From a virus (Duplodnaviria > Caudoviricetes), in the IMG/VR virus record IMGVR_UViG_3300017776_000008, positions 731 to 64,730 of that record: a DNA stretch of 64,000 nt; one strand, given 5' to 3'. Below, in pieces: positions 20,391-28,664 of the stretch. A program made the translations under genes and the position numbers. Each line of letters starts with the position of its first letter. The stretch's first letter is position 1. A model generated the notes under the pieces. That model worked only from the letters and a program-made list of their open reading frames with translations. It ran no database searches and had not been told where the DNA came from.

Positions 20391-20476
20391 TATAACTTTT
20401 AGTTATACCTATATTCAAAATTGGTATAAGAAACATATGTACCAGCATGCTTCTTTGTGTTATAATAGTACCATAT
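20391..20476 (+). promoter_or_regulatory. early-type promoter TGTACC-N17-TATAATAGTACCATA with upstream TTATA repeats
   Basis: Near-duplicate of 22680-22756. Confidence 0.75.
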
Positions 20477-20489
20477 TAAAGGAGAAGTT

Positions 20490-22679
20490 ATGATTCAATA
20501 TCAAAATTCAATGTTACCCAAGCTACTGGCCAAAGAGAATATCAGTATTCAGCATGGCAATTATCAGACTGCTTGGTTCGATATCAAGAATAGAACCCTT
20601 GGTCTTCCACTATGGAAGGATATGAGCAAAGACGAATACGATCTTCTTGTTGGCCACGAAGTTGGCCATGCACTTGAAACTCCTTACGAAGGCTGGCACG
20701 ATAGCACCGAAAAACTAGAAGGTTGCCCTCGTTCATACATTAACGTAATCGAAGATGCTCGCATTGAGAGAAAAATCCAGAGTCGTTACCCTGGCTTGGT
20801 TGGTTGTTTTTCACGAGGTTACAAGAAGCTATTTGACAAAGGCTTCTTTGGCGATATCTCACAGTATGATTGGAGCGAAATCAAACTAATTGATAAGATT
20901 AATCTAAAAGCTAAGATTGGTCCATTACTAGATGTTCCATTCACTGATGAGGAAAAAGTATTCTTTGATCGTGCCATTACTACTGATACTTTCGAAGACG
21001 TGGTTGAGCTGGTACGTGATATTTTAGCTTATACCAAAGAGAATGAACCTGAGTTGCTAAATACTCCAGAGCAAGAAGAAGCTCAGGAAGAAGGCACGCA
21101 AGAAGAAACAAACTCAGAAGTAGAAGCTACTGACGAAGAACTAGAAGAGCTATTCGGTGAATCACCTAAGGTATCAGATAAAGATGCAGAAGATGGCGAA
21201 GAGGAAGAAGTTAGTAGCTCTGGCGGTAACGAAGAAGTAACGAGCGAAGACGATACAGAATCTACTGATGAAGCATCACCTACTCCAGAGTACGATGAAG
21301 ATACTTCTATTACAGACGAGATGTTCCGAAGTAAAGAAGGCGAACTTGTTGATACTGATGAAAGTGGTAAACAACCATTAGTTATTGCAAACTTTGATAA
21401 AACTCTTGCAAAACACGCTATAATCGATTTTAACGAGTTGATGGACCAACGTGCAAAAACTGTAAGCGAAAGCAAGTACTATATGGACATGATGGAAAAA
21501 TGGAACAATCCAAAGTGGGGATTCAAAAAGTACATTAAAGATACTAAAAAGTCTGTACAGGTTATGGTACGAGAGTTTGAGATGCGTAAAGCAGCATATC
21601 AGTATTCAAGAGCTACCACAGCTAAGACTGGTGCTATTGACGTAAACAAACTTTGGTCGTACAAAACTAACGATGACATTTTCCTAAAGCAAACTAAATT
21701 GGCTGACGCTAAAGATCACGGAATGGTTATGTTGATCGATTATTCTGGCTCAATGTCATCTTCTATGAAGTACGTTATGGACCAGGTAATTCACACAGTT
21801 CTATTCTGTAAAGCAGTATCTATTCCATTCGAAGTATATGGATTCACTTCAACCAATGAAAAGTTTGATGCGATATGGCACAGAGATAATCCACTACACG
21901 TGCCAGCCGGCCACATAGATTTAGATGGTGTTTGTGTTACTCAGTTGATTCACTCAGGGCAAAAGAAGGCAGACTTCGAAGCTGCACTGCAGTGGTTATA
22001 TGCTAGAACTAAATCACAATACTGGGACGACACTCCAAAGGGCAGAGCAGAAGACTGGGGTTCTACTCCATTGATTCAAGCACTTATGGTATGTGACACT
22101 GTTTTAAAGAGATTTAAATCACGCTATGCTGTACAGAAACTAAACTTTGTAACATTTACTGATGGTGATGCTAATAGAATCCAATGCCATGGACACTTTG
22201 ATGCTAAATCTGAATTGACTCAAACTAACCGTGAGATCAAAATCAATGTTGGTGGCGTATGGGCAGAGTCACAAGATAATCGACCAAAGAATATCACAAA
22301 GGCTGTTCTTGGCGCTTTAAAGAAAAAGCACAATACCACTAATATCGGATTTTTTATGGCAGACGATAATAGCGAATGGAAGTACAGACTAAATGCTGTT
22401 TCGTGGGAGCCTGGCGTAACTGAAATGAACTCAGAAAAAGCTAGAAAAATTTACAACAAAGAATATAGAAAAAACAAATGTGTTAACATTCAAAACATAT
22501 TTGGTTACGATGAGTACTACATGGTGAAAGGTGGCAAAAACCTAGACACATCAGACGATGAGTTTGAAGTTGAAAACGATGCTACGGATAAAGCTATCGG
22601 TAATGCTTTCAAGAAGTACTCACAAAGCAAGAAAACAAACAAAGTGCTGATGACCAAGTTCGGAAAGGCAGTAGCATAA
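20490..22679 (+). CDS. CobT-like protein: N-terminal HExxH metallopeptidase-like domain, acidic linker, C-terminal vWA domain
   Basis: GHEVGHAL, NVIEDARIE, MIDAS motif DYSGSMS...TP...TDGD; upstream of a MoxR ATPase. Confidence 0.8.
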   Translation: MIQYQNSMLPKLLAKENISIQHGNYQTAWFDIKNRTLGLPLWKDMSKDEYDLLVGHEVGHALETPYEGWHDSTEKLEGCPRSYINVIEDARIERKIQSRYPGLVGCFSRGYKKLFDKGFFGDISQYDWSEIKLIDKINLKAKIGPLLDVPFTDEEKVFFDRAITTDTFEDVVELVRDILAYTKENEPELLNTPEQEEAQEEGTQEETNSEVEATDEELEELFGESPKVSDKDAEDGEEEEVSSSGGNEEVTSEDDTESTDEASPTPEYDEDTSITDEMFRSKEGELVDTDESGKQPLVIANFDKTLAKHAIIDFNELMDQRAKTVSESKYYMDMMEKWNNPKWGFKKYIKDTKKSVQVMVREFEMRKAAYQYSRATTAKTGAIDVNKLWSYKTNDDIFLKQTKLADAKDHGMVMLIDYSGSMSSSMKYVMDQVIHTVLFCKAVSIPFEVYGFTSTNEKFDAIWHRDNPLHVPAGHIDLDGVCVTQLIHSGQKKADFEAALQWLYARTKSQYWDDTPKGRAEDWGSTPLIQALMVCDTVLKRFKSRYAVQKLNFVTFTDGDANRIQCHGHFDAKSELTQTNREIKINVGGVWAESQDNRPKNITKAVLGALKKKHNTTNIGFFMADDNSEWKYRLNAVSWEPGVTEMNSEKARKIYNKEYRKNKCVNIQNIFGYDEYYMVKGGKNLDTSDDEFEVENDATDKAIGNAFKKYSQSKKTNKVLMTKFGKAVA

Positions 22680-22756
22680 AAAGTTATAAGCATATAACAA
22701 AATATTATAAGAAACATGTGTACAATATGTGCTTAGCATGTTATAATAGTACCATA
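22680..22756 (+). promoter_or_regulatory. early-type promoter TGTACA-N17-TATAATAGTACCATA with upstream TTATA repeats
   Basis: -35 at 22719-22724, -10 at 22742-22747. Confidence 0.78.
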
Positions 22757-22778
22757 AATTAATCAGGAACCTTTTATT

Positions 22779-23918
22779 ATGAGTCAATTGAATATTTCCA
22801 CACAAAACATTGTCAAAGAGTTGGCAAAGCTTTATCCTGACACTACCAAGTTCAAGAAGAAAGTAATCGTTGAGGTTGGTCAATCATTAGGTTATAAGCG
22901 ATCAGATTGGAGTGCACTGCTGGATTCTGAGAACCGAGTATCAACCGGTACTTACGATCTAAGTGCAATGATTATTCCAATGAGAGAGACTTTTTCAAAA
23001 GAAGAAGCTAAACTATCAATGCAGTCAATTGTAAACGATGAAAAAACCATCGCACAGGTTGATCCAACATTTGTTCCCTGGGGTTCATTCAGTGATATTG
23101 GTAAGATTATCAAATCACAAATGTTCTACCCTGTGTACATTTCTGGTCTATCTGGTAATGGTAAAACATTCATGGTTGAACAAGCTGCTGCAAAAGCAAA
23201 GAGGGAGTTCATACGTGTTCAAATCAATCCAGAAACAGATGAAGACGATTTGCTCGGAGGTTTCCGACTCATCAATGGAGAGACTGTCTTCTCTAAAGGT
23301 CCAGTTCTTAAGGCGATGGAGAACGGTGCAATTCTACTGCTCGACGAAATCGATAGAGCTACAAATAAAATTATGTGCTTGCAAGGTATACTTGAAGGCA
23401 AGCCTGTCCTCGTTAAGAAAACAGGTGAAACGATTTCTCCAGCACCTGGATTCAATGTTATAGCAACCGCTAACACAAAAGGTAAAGGCTCAGAGGATGG
23501 TCGATTCGTAGCTGCTTCGATCATCGATGATGCTTTCCTTGAGCGATTTACTGTAGCAATTGATCAGCAGTTCCCATCAGCTAAGACTGAGAAAAAGATT
23601 GTTCTTAATCACATGGAGAAGTTTGGTTCATCAGACGACACATTTGCAGAAAAGCTAGTTACATGGGCTGATATTATTCGCAAAACATTCTATGATGATG
23701 GTGTTGATGAGGTTATTTCAACCCGTCGTTTGTGCCACATTGTACAAACCTACTCAATCTTCAACGATAAGCTAAAAGCAATTGAGTTGTGTATCGCACG
23801 CTTTGATGATGATACTAAAGCTGCATTCCTAGATCTTTACACTAAGGTTGACGATGGAACTCAAGTATCTTACGAAGACGAGGTTGAAGAGCCAATTCTA
23901 ACGGAGGCGCCATTCTAA
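22779..23918 (+). CDS. MoxR/CobS-like AAA+ ATPase
   Basis: Motifs GLSGNGKT, LLLDEID, ATANTKG, AFLERF, ISTRRL. Confidence 0.9.
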   Translation: MSQLNISTQNIVKELAKLYPDTTKFKKKVIVEVGQSLGYKRSDWSALLDSENRVSTGTYDLSAMIIPMRETFSKEEAKLSMQSIVNDEKTIAQVDPTFVPWGSFSDIGKIIKSQMFYPVYISGLSGNGKTFMVEQAAAKAKREFIRVQINPETDEDDLLGGFRLINGETVFSKGPVLKAMENGAILLLDEIDRATNKIMCLQGILEGKPVLVKKTGETISPAPGFNVIATANTKGKGSEDGRFVAASIIDDAFLERFTVAIDQQFPSAKTEKKIVLNHMEKFGSSDDTFAEKLVTWADIIRKTFYDDGVDEVISTRRLCHIVQTYSIFNDKLKAIELCIARFDDDTKAAFLDLYTKVDDGTQVSYEDEVEEPILTEAPF

Positions 23919-24553
23919 TGTTAGATAAAATTGTAAAGGTAACCGATTGGATTACAGCGGAAGAAGTTCCAACTATGTCCAATCCAATGTACAAGAAGTT
24001 GTTAAAGCAATACGGCAAATTCTCAGGTCCTGCTGAACCTACTGGTAATAGTCTTCATGGCTGTTATCAATGGGCTCATGTAGACGATATTGAAGCTATT
24101 GGAAAGAATGTAATCCATGAAAGTATTGGCTATATTGGAACTGCTAAACGAAATATTGTCGATAGAACTAGAGCAGTCATTGCTCCTAAGGGTGCTCATC
24201 CAATTAAGATGATTTTATCTGCAGGCGATATTGACATGGAAGATTTACGTGTTAGATATTGTGTTACAGCTTCAGATCCAGATAGCGTTGAAGCTAAAAC
24301 TGGTGCTAAGTTAGAAAAATATCTACACAAGGAAATGGATAAACAGTTTGGGTATAGATTCAAATGGGTAAATGCTCAATTAAGTAATGACAACAAGCAT
24401 AACTATGTGCTTAAAAATTGGAGAGATCTAACTTATCTTCAAGCAATTAAGATTCTACCTGAGGTGATTGAAATTACCAAGCAACTTGGAGCAGAACACA
24501 TTGCAGCAGAGGTTGATCAAATAGTTAACGGAGACAGTAGTGAAGAAAATTAA
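23918..24553 (+). CDS. hypothetical protein, possible degenerate GIY-YIG nuclease
   Basis: GCY...GYIGT..RNIVDR...LEKYLH resembles the GIY-YIG/R/E core. Confidence 0.45.
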   Translation: MLDKIVKVTDWITAEEVPTMSNPMYKKLLKQYGKFSGPAEPTGNSLHGCYQWAHVDDIEAIGKNVIHESIGYIGTAKRNIVDRTRAVIAPKGAHPIKMILSAGDIDMEDLRVRYCVTASDPDSVEAKTGAKLEKYLHKEMDKQFGYRFKWVNAQLSNDNKHNYVLKNWRDLTYLQAIKILPEVIEITKQLGAEHIAAEVDQIVNGDSSEEN

Positions 24554-24821
24554 TTATAAGTTTAATGAAGGTCCTCTCATTGAGGAGTTCAAAAAGTACA
24601 TAGACTCTACCTACGAGGGACATTACTGCCAAGGAGGATTCCAATCCTCTGAGGTAATTGTAGATCGTGGCCACGGTCTTGGTTTTTTCCTAGGCAATGT
24701 TGATAAGTACAATGCTCGGTATGGAAAGAAAGGTGGACCTAGCGACCACCGCAAAGACTTAATGAAAGTATTGCACTATGCTTTACTTGCGTTAAATGAA
24801 CATGACAGGTTGTGCAAATAA
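24540..24821 (+). CDS. DUF3310-like conserved phage protein
   Basis: HY...GFFLGNVDKYNARYGKK...DLMKVLHY. Confidence 0.75.
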   Translation: MKKINYKFNEGPLIEEFKKYIDSTYEGHYCQGGFQSSEVIVDRGHGLGFFLGNVDKYNARYGKKGGPSDHRKDLMKVLHYALLALNEHDRLCK

Positions 24822-24824
24822 CTA

Positions 24825-24853
24825 TGTACAAATTGTCTAAAGTATGGTATAAT
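24825..24853 (+). promoter_or_regulatory. promoter TGTACA-N17-TATAAT for gp45
   Basis: Exact family match. Confidence 0.8.
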
Positions 24854-24882
24854 ATACCTGTATTACAAAATGGAGAAATGCA

Positions 24883-25551
24883 ATGCAATTAAGTGAAGAC
24901 ACTCTATCTATTCTTTCTAACTTTGCTTCGATCAATCCGAACATTGTTTTAAAACCTGGACAAGAGTTAAAGACCATATCCGAGGCTAAGAATATTCTTG
25001 CCACAGCTTCGGTTGTAGAAGATTTTCCACAAGATATCGGCATATATGATTTGAACGAGTTCTTATCAGTGCTTGGTCTAGTGGAAAACCCTACGTTAGG
25101 TTTTGATGACAAAGCTGTAGCAGTCAATGGCACTGGTGCTAATGTAAAATACTACTCAGCTGAACCATCAATCCTAACAACCCCTGAACGAGATATCACA
25201 ATGCCAAACGCCGAGGTTACTGTTGAGCTAACCGCAGAGAAGTTACAAAAGGCTAAAAAGGCAGCTGCTGTTCTCGGCCACCTTGATCTTGCTTTTGTTG
25301 GCGACGCTAACGGAGTATCTATCAAGGTATTTGATCCAAAGGATGCCAGTGCTAATACATTCGAATTATCCCTTGGTGCGAATCCTTCAGGGCAAACGTT
25401 TAGTTTTATCATGAACATTTCTAATTTGAAACTTCTTGATGGCGACTATGACGTTAACATTTCATCAAAGCTAATCTCTAAGTGGGTTAATAAGTCAGAA
25501 CCAGTGACCTATTACATCGCTTTAGAGAAAACTTCAACCTTTGGTGTATAA
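24883..25551 (+). CDS. gp45: sliding clamp gp45
   Basis: Motifs LSEDTLSILSNFASINPNI, IYDLNEFLS, YYIALE. Confidence 0.95.
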   Translation: MQLSEDTLSILSNFASINPNIVLKPGQELKTISEAKNILATASVVEDFPQDIGIYDLNEFLSVLGLVENPTLGFDDKAVAVNGTGANVKYYSAEPSILTTPERDITMPNAEVTVELTAEKLQKAKKAAAVLGHLDLAFVGDANGVSIKVFDPKDASANTFELSLGANPSGQTFSFIMNISNLKLLDGDYDVNISSKLISKWVNKSEPVTYYIALEKTSTFGV

Positions 25552-25593
25552 ATACTATTTCAAACAATAAGCTTATTTTAACGGAGAAAAAGC

Positions 25594-25851
25594 ATGACAG
25601 AAGAAGTAACTAACGAACAGGCGACTGATGCAGTGCCAGTTCAACTTGGACTCAATGATATCGCAGCATTTGCTAATATCATTGACATTTGCTCGAAACG
25701 CGGTGCCTTTGAGGGCGGCGAACTAGAGTCAGTTGGAGCTTTGCGTAATCGCGTTGTAGCATTCCTACAATCGGTTGCACCAGCAGAAGAAGCTGCAGAA
25801 GCCCCAGCAGAAGGTGAAGATCCATCAGTTGACGAAGCTGCTGACGCCTAA
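25594..25851 (+). CDS. hypothetical protein, late-expressed
   Basis: IIDICSKRGAF motif common in T4-likes; TATAAATA at 25547 and a GGAG SD. Confidence 0.7.
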   Translation: MTEEVTNEQATDAVPVQLGLNDIAAFANIIDICSKRGAFEGGELESVGALRNRVVAFLQSVAPAEEAAEAPAEGEDPSVDEAADA

Positions 25852-25859
25852 CGAAACAC

Positions 25860-25885
25860 GGGGGTGTAAAAACCCCCACATTTTT
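25860..25885 (+). terminator. Rho-independent terminator
   Basis: GGGGGT-gtaaaa-ACCCCC followed by acaTTTTT. Confidence 0.65.
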
Positions 25886-25902
25886 ATTATGAAGGATATA
25901 TT

Positions 25903-26160
25903 ATGCAAGCAACTGAACTCAAGGCTCTCATCTCAGCCTTACAAAATGGGATAGTAAACGTAACATTCAAAAAGATTGACACCGAAGAAATTCGTGTTAT
26001 GGAATCCACCTTAAAATCAAGCATCCTAGAAGAAAATGGTATTACTGCCACTGTCGACAATGTGTCACCTGAATCAGACCATGTTGCCGTATGGTGTCTA
26101 GACAAAGACGCATGGAGATCATTCCGTGTTAATACTGTAATCAACTGGGAGGTTGTGTAG
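25903..26160 (+). CDS. WYL_2/DUF2693-like SH3-fold protein
   Basis: V.F.K...E.R.M..TL ... VWCLDKDAWRSFR. Confidence 0.7.
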   Translation: MQATELKALISALQNGIVNVTFKKIDTEEIRVMESTLKSSILEENGITATVDNVSPESDHVAVWCLDKDAWRSFRVNTVINWEVV

Positions 26161-27095
26161 TGGAAGAATATTTGTGGGTTGAGAAGTATCGACCAAAAAG
26201 CGTAGATGACGCCATTCTACCTAAGCATCTCAAGAAGACATTTAAAGAGATTCTAAAAACTGGCGAAATACCAAATTTACTTTTTACTGGCACAGCAGGT
26301 GTTGGTAAAACTACTGTTGCTAAAGCATTGTGTAACGAGTTGCAATTAGATTATCTACTCGTGAATGGATCGGAAGAGGGTAACATTGATACTCTTCGCA
26401 ATAAGATCAAGCACTTCGCATCAACAGTATCTTTGCAGGGTGGCTACAAAGTTGTAATCCTAGACGAGGCCGACTATCTAAATCCACAGTCGACTCAACC
26501 TGCATTACGTGGATTCATTGAAGAGTTTAGTAACAACTGTCGATTTATTATGACATGCAACTTCAAGAATCGCATTATTGAACCTCTACATTCTCGATGT
26601 TCTGTGGTAGAGTTCAATATCGCTAAGAAGGATATGCCAGATCTATGTGGCTCGTTTATGAAACGTGTAGGAACAATCCTGGATAGCGAAAACGTAGCAT
26701 ATGATCAGCCTGCTATCGCAGAGTTGATCATGAAGCACATGCCAGATTGGCGACGAGTACTTAATGAATTGCAACGATACTCCGTCTCTGGTAAGATTGA
26801 CACAGGCATCCTAGTATCGCTATCCGAAGTTTCCATTGGTAATCTTATGAGTGCGATGAAGGATAAAAACTTTAAAAAGATGCGACAATGGGTAACCGAT
26901 AATATCGACCAAGAACCTGCTGCACTGTTCAGAAAAGTCTATGACAATATGGCAGAATACGTCGAACCACAATCAATACCTCAGTTGGTTTTGATCCTTG
27001 CGGATTATCAATATAAGAACAGCTTCGTTGCTGATCATGAACTCAATATGGTTGCATGCTGTACTGAAATAATGGCAGGAGTACAATTCAAATGA
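26160..27095 (+). CDS. gp44: clamp loader large subunit gp44
   Basis: Motifs LWVEKYRP, GTAGVGKTT, ILDEAD, PLHSRC. Confidence 0.96.
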   Translation: MEEYLWVEKYRPKSVDDAILPKHLKKTFKEILKTGEIPNLLFTGTAGVGKTTVAKALCNELQLDYLLVNGSEEGNIDTLRNKIKHFASTVSLQGGYKVVILDEADYLNPQSTQPALRGFIEEFSNNCRFIMTCNFKNRIIEPLHSRCSVVEFNIAKKDMPDLCGSFMKRVGTILDSENVAYDQPAIAELIMKHMPDWRRVLNELQRYSVSGKIDTGILVSLSEVSIGNLMSAMKDKNFKKMRQWVTDNIDQEPAALFRKVYDNMAEYVEPQSIPQLVLILADYQYKNSFVADHELNMVACCTEIMAGVQFK

Positions 27096-27262
27096 TGATG
27101 AAAGATTACGAAAAAACTGTAAACGAGATGAATAAGCAACTATACACAGCGTATGGTAAAATCGTAGAGTTGCAAGAACGCATCGATGAACTAAAACAAA
27201 CTAATACTAAACTTTGTCAAGAAGTACGTGATTACCAAAAGCGAGAAGAATCAAATGTTTAA
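27092..27262 (+). CDS. 56-aa coiled-coil hypothetical protein (missed by the ORF track)
   Basis: MMMKDYEKTVNEMNKQLYTAYGKIVELQERIDEL...; ATGA overlap with gp44. Confidence 0.55.
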   Translation: MMMKDYEKTVNEMNKQLYTAYGKIVELQERIDELKQTNTKLCQEVRDYQKREESNV

Positions 27263-27521
27263 GAAAATAGTCGATATGTATAGAATGATAATGGATTTGC
27301 GATATAACCCATTGAGGTTTATTCCAGACACCGTAATGCAAGGATATCTACTAATGGCCTTGTTTGTTATGTGGTCTGCCTTCTTTGGAATAATTGCAAT
27401 CTATTACTTAGGCTGGCTTGGTTATAGCATTCCAGTATCAATCGGTGTTCACCTAGCGTTGGTTGTACCAACTATTATTACTAACGCAGTGTTTGAAATG
27501 GCAGAAGAGGATACACACTAA
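27228..27521 (+). CDS. two-TM membrane hypothetical protein (start probably ATG 27255)
   Basis: MDLRYNPLRFIPD followed by two hydrophobic helices. Confidence 0.65.
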   Translation: MITKSEKNQMFKKIVDMYRMIMDLRYNPLRFIPDTVMQGYLLMALFVMWSAFFGIIAIYYLGWLGYSIPVSIGVHLALVVPTIITNAVFEMAEEDTH

Positions 27522-27676
27522 TGGAAGATTTAACTTGGACATTATGCCCTCACGGCAAAAGCAAAAACGTTGCACAGTGGGTTGTAGATAACTTCTCTGA
27601 TAAGACTGCTACTCGTGCTGTCGATGTTTGGGTAAGGGCATCTCAACAAATCTTAGATGCAGAAGAAAATGCGTAA
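27521..27676 (+). CDS. 51-aa hypothetical protein (missed by the ORF track)
   Basis: MEDLTWTLCPHGKSKNVAQW...; GAGGA SD. Confidence 0.55.
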   Translation: MEDLTWTLCPHGKSKNVAQWVVDNFSDKTATRAVDVWVRASQQILDAEENA

Positions 27677-27830
27677 CAAGTACTGGCGACTATGGGCTAA
27701 ATCACTCGGCGAAAAGGTTGGTGCTACCGACAAAGAAGCTGATATGGTAGCAATCATACGAAGTGTAGTAGTCCTAGTCAACTTTGTTACTTGTTTCTTT
27801 ATTATTGCAGGAGTGATACATCAGTGGTAA
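27669..27830 (+). CDS. 53-aa membrane protein typical of marine T4-likes (missed by the ORF track)
   Basis: MRNKYWRLWAKSLGEKVGATDKEADMVAIIRSVVVLVNFVTCFFIIAGVIHQW. Confidence 0.7.
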   Translation: MRNKYWRLWAKSLGEKVGATDKEADMVAIIRSVVVLVNFVTCFFIIAGVIHQW

Positions 27831-28207
27831 AACCTTTTGATTATGTAAATGATATCAACTACGGCAAAAAGAATATCATGGTAGACGATATTGCTGAAAA
27901 GAACTACAATGCTTTTATTGTAAATCGTGCCTTATCGTACTTCAATGATACTGTACTTTATGCGAATGAGATGAATATCCACCATTCTCTTGATGCAAAG
28001 CTTCAATATGATTTTCTTATAAATATAGTTAGGAAACAGAAACGGTGGTCTAAATGGATCAAACCGAATGAAGTTACTAACCTGGAACTCATCAAAGAAT
28101 ATTATGGCTATAGCAATGAAAAAGCTAAGTCCGTATTATCATTATTAAACGATGAACAAATACAAGAATTGAAGAATAGGATTTACAAAGGTGGAAAACG
28201 AAAATAA
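27824..28207 (+). CDS. gp62: clamp loader small subunit gp62
   Basis: Motifs PFDYVNDIN, YNAFIVNRALS, QYDFLIN, EYYGYSNEKA. GTG start chosen from a GGAG SD. Confidence 0.9.
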   Translation: MVKPFDYVNDINYGKKNIMVDDIAEKNYNAFIVNRALSYFNDTVLYANEMNIHHSLDAKLQYDFLINIVRKQKRWSKWIKPNEVTNLELIKEYYGYSNEKAKSVLSLLNDEQIQELKNRIYKGGKRK

Positions 28208-28613
28208 CATTGAAGTGAAAAACTGGACTCCCAATGACATGTTGGAAGTCTCACTTAACGAACCTGATGATTTTCTCAAGATCAGAGAAACGCTAACCCG
28301 TATTGGCGTTGCATCCAGAAAAGATCAGAAGTTATTCCAATCATGCCACATCTTACACAAACAAGGAAGATACTTTATTGTTCACTTTAAAGAGCTATTC
28401 TTACTTGATGGTAAGCCAAGTAACTTGATTGAGAATGATCTAGAGCGAAGAAACACTATTGCTACTTTACTCTCTGACTGGGGATTGGTAACAATCTTAA
28501 ACGAAGAAGTTGCTCAAGACTGCGCACCTCTCAGACAGATTAAGGTTATTCCATACAAAGAAAAGTCGCAATGGGATCTTTGTCCAAAATATAATATTGG
28601 AAACTCGGAATAA
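28191..28613 (+). CDS. regA: translational repressor RegA
   Basis: DDFLKIRETLTRIGVAS...QSCHILHKQGRYFIVHFKELF.LDG. Confidence 0.96.
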   Translation: MENENNIEVKNWTPNDMLEVSLNEPDDFLKIRETLTRIGVASRKDQKLFQSCHILHKQGRYFIVHFKELFLLDGKPSNLIENDLERRNTIATLLSDWGLVTILNEEVAQDCAPLRQIKVIPYKEKSQWDLCPKYNIGNSE

Positions 28614-28625
28614 GAACATAATCAT

Positions 28626-28633
28626 TATAAATA
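28626..28633 (+). promoter_or_regulatory. late promoter TATAAATA for the 810-aa gene
   Basis: Exact consensus, intergenic. Confidence 0.75.
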
Positions 28634-28664
28634 CTAATAAATGAAACTATTAGGAAAGTAATGT

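Noticed and set aside
20490-23918. Cobalamin biosynthesis (cobS/cobT) auxiliary metabolic genes
   Set aside because: These are generic MoxR AAA+ and vWA proteins; no cobN or other cob genes are present.
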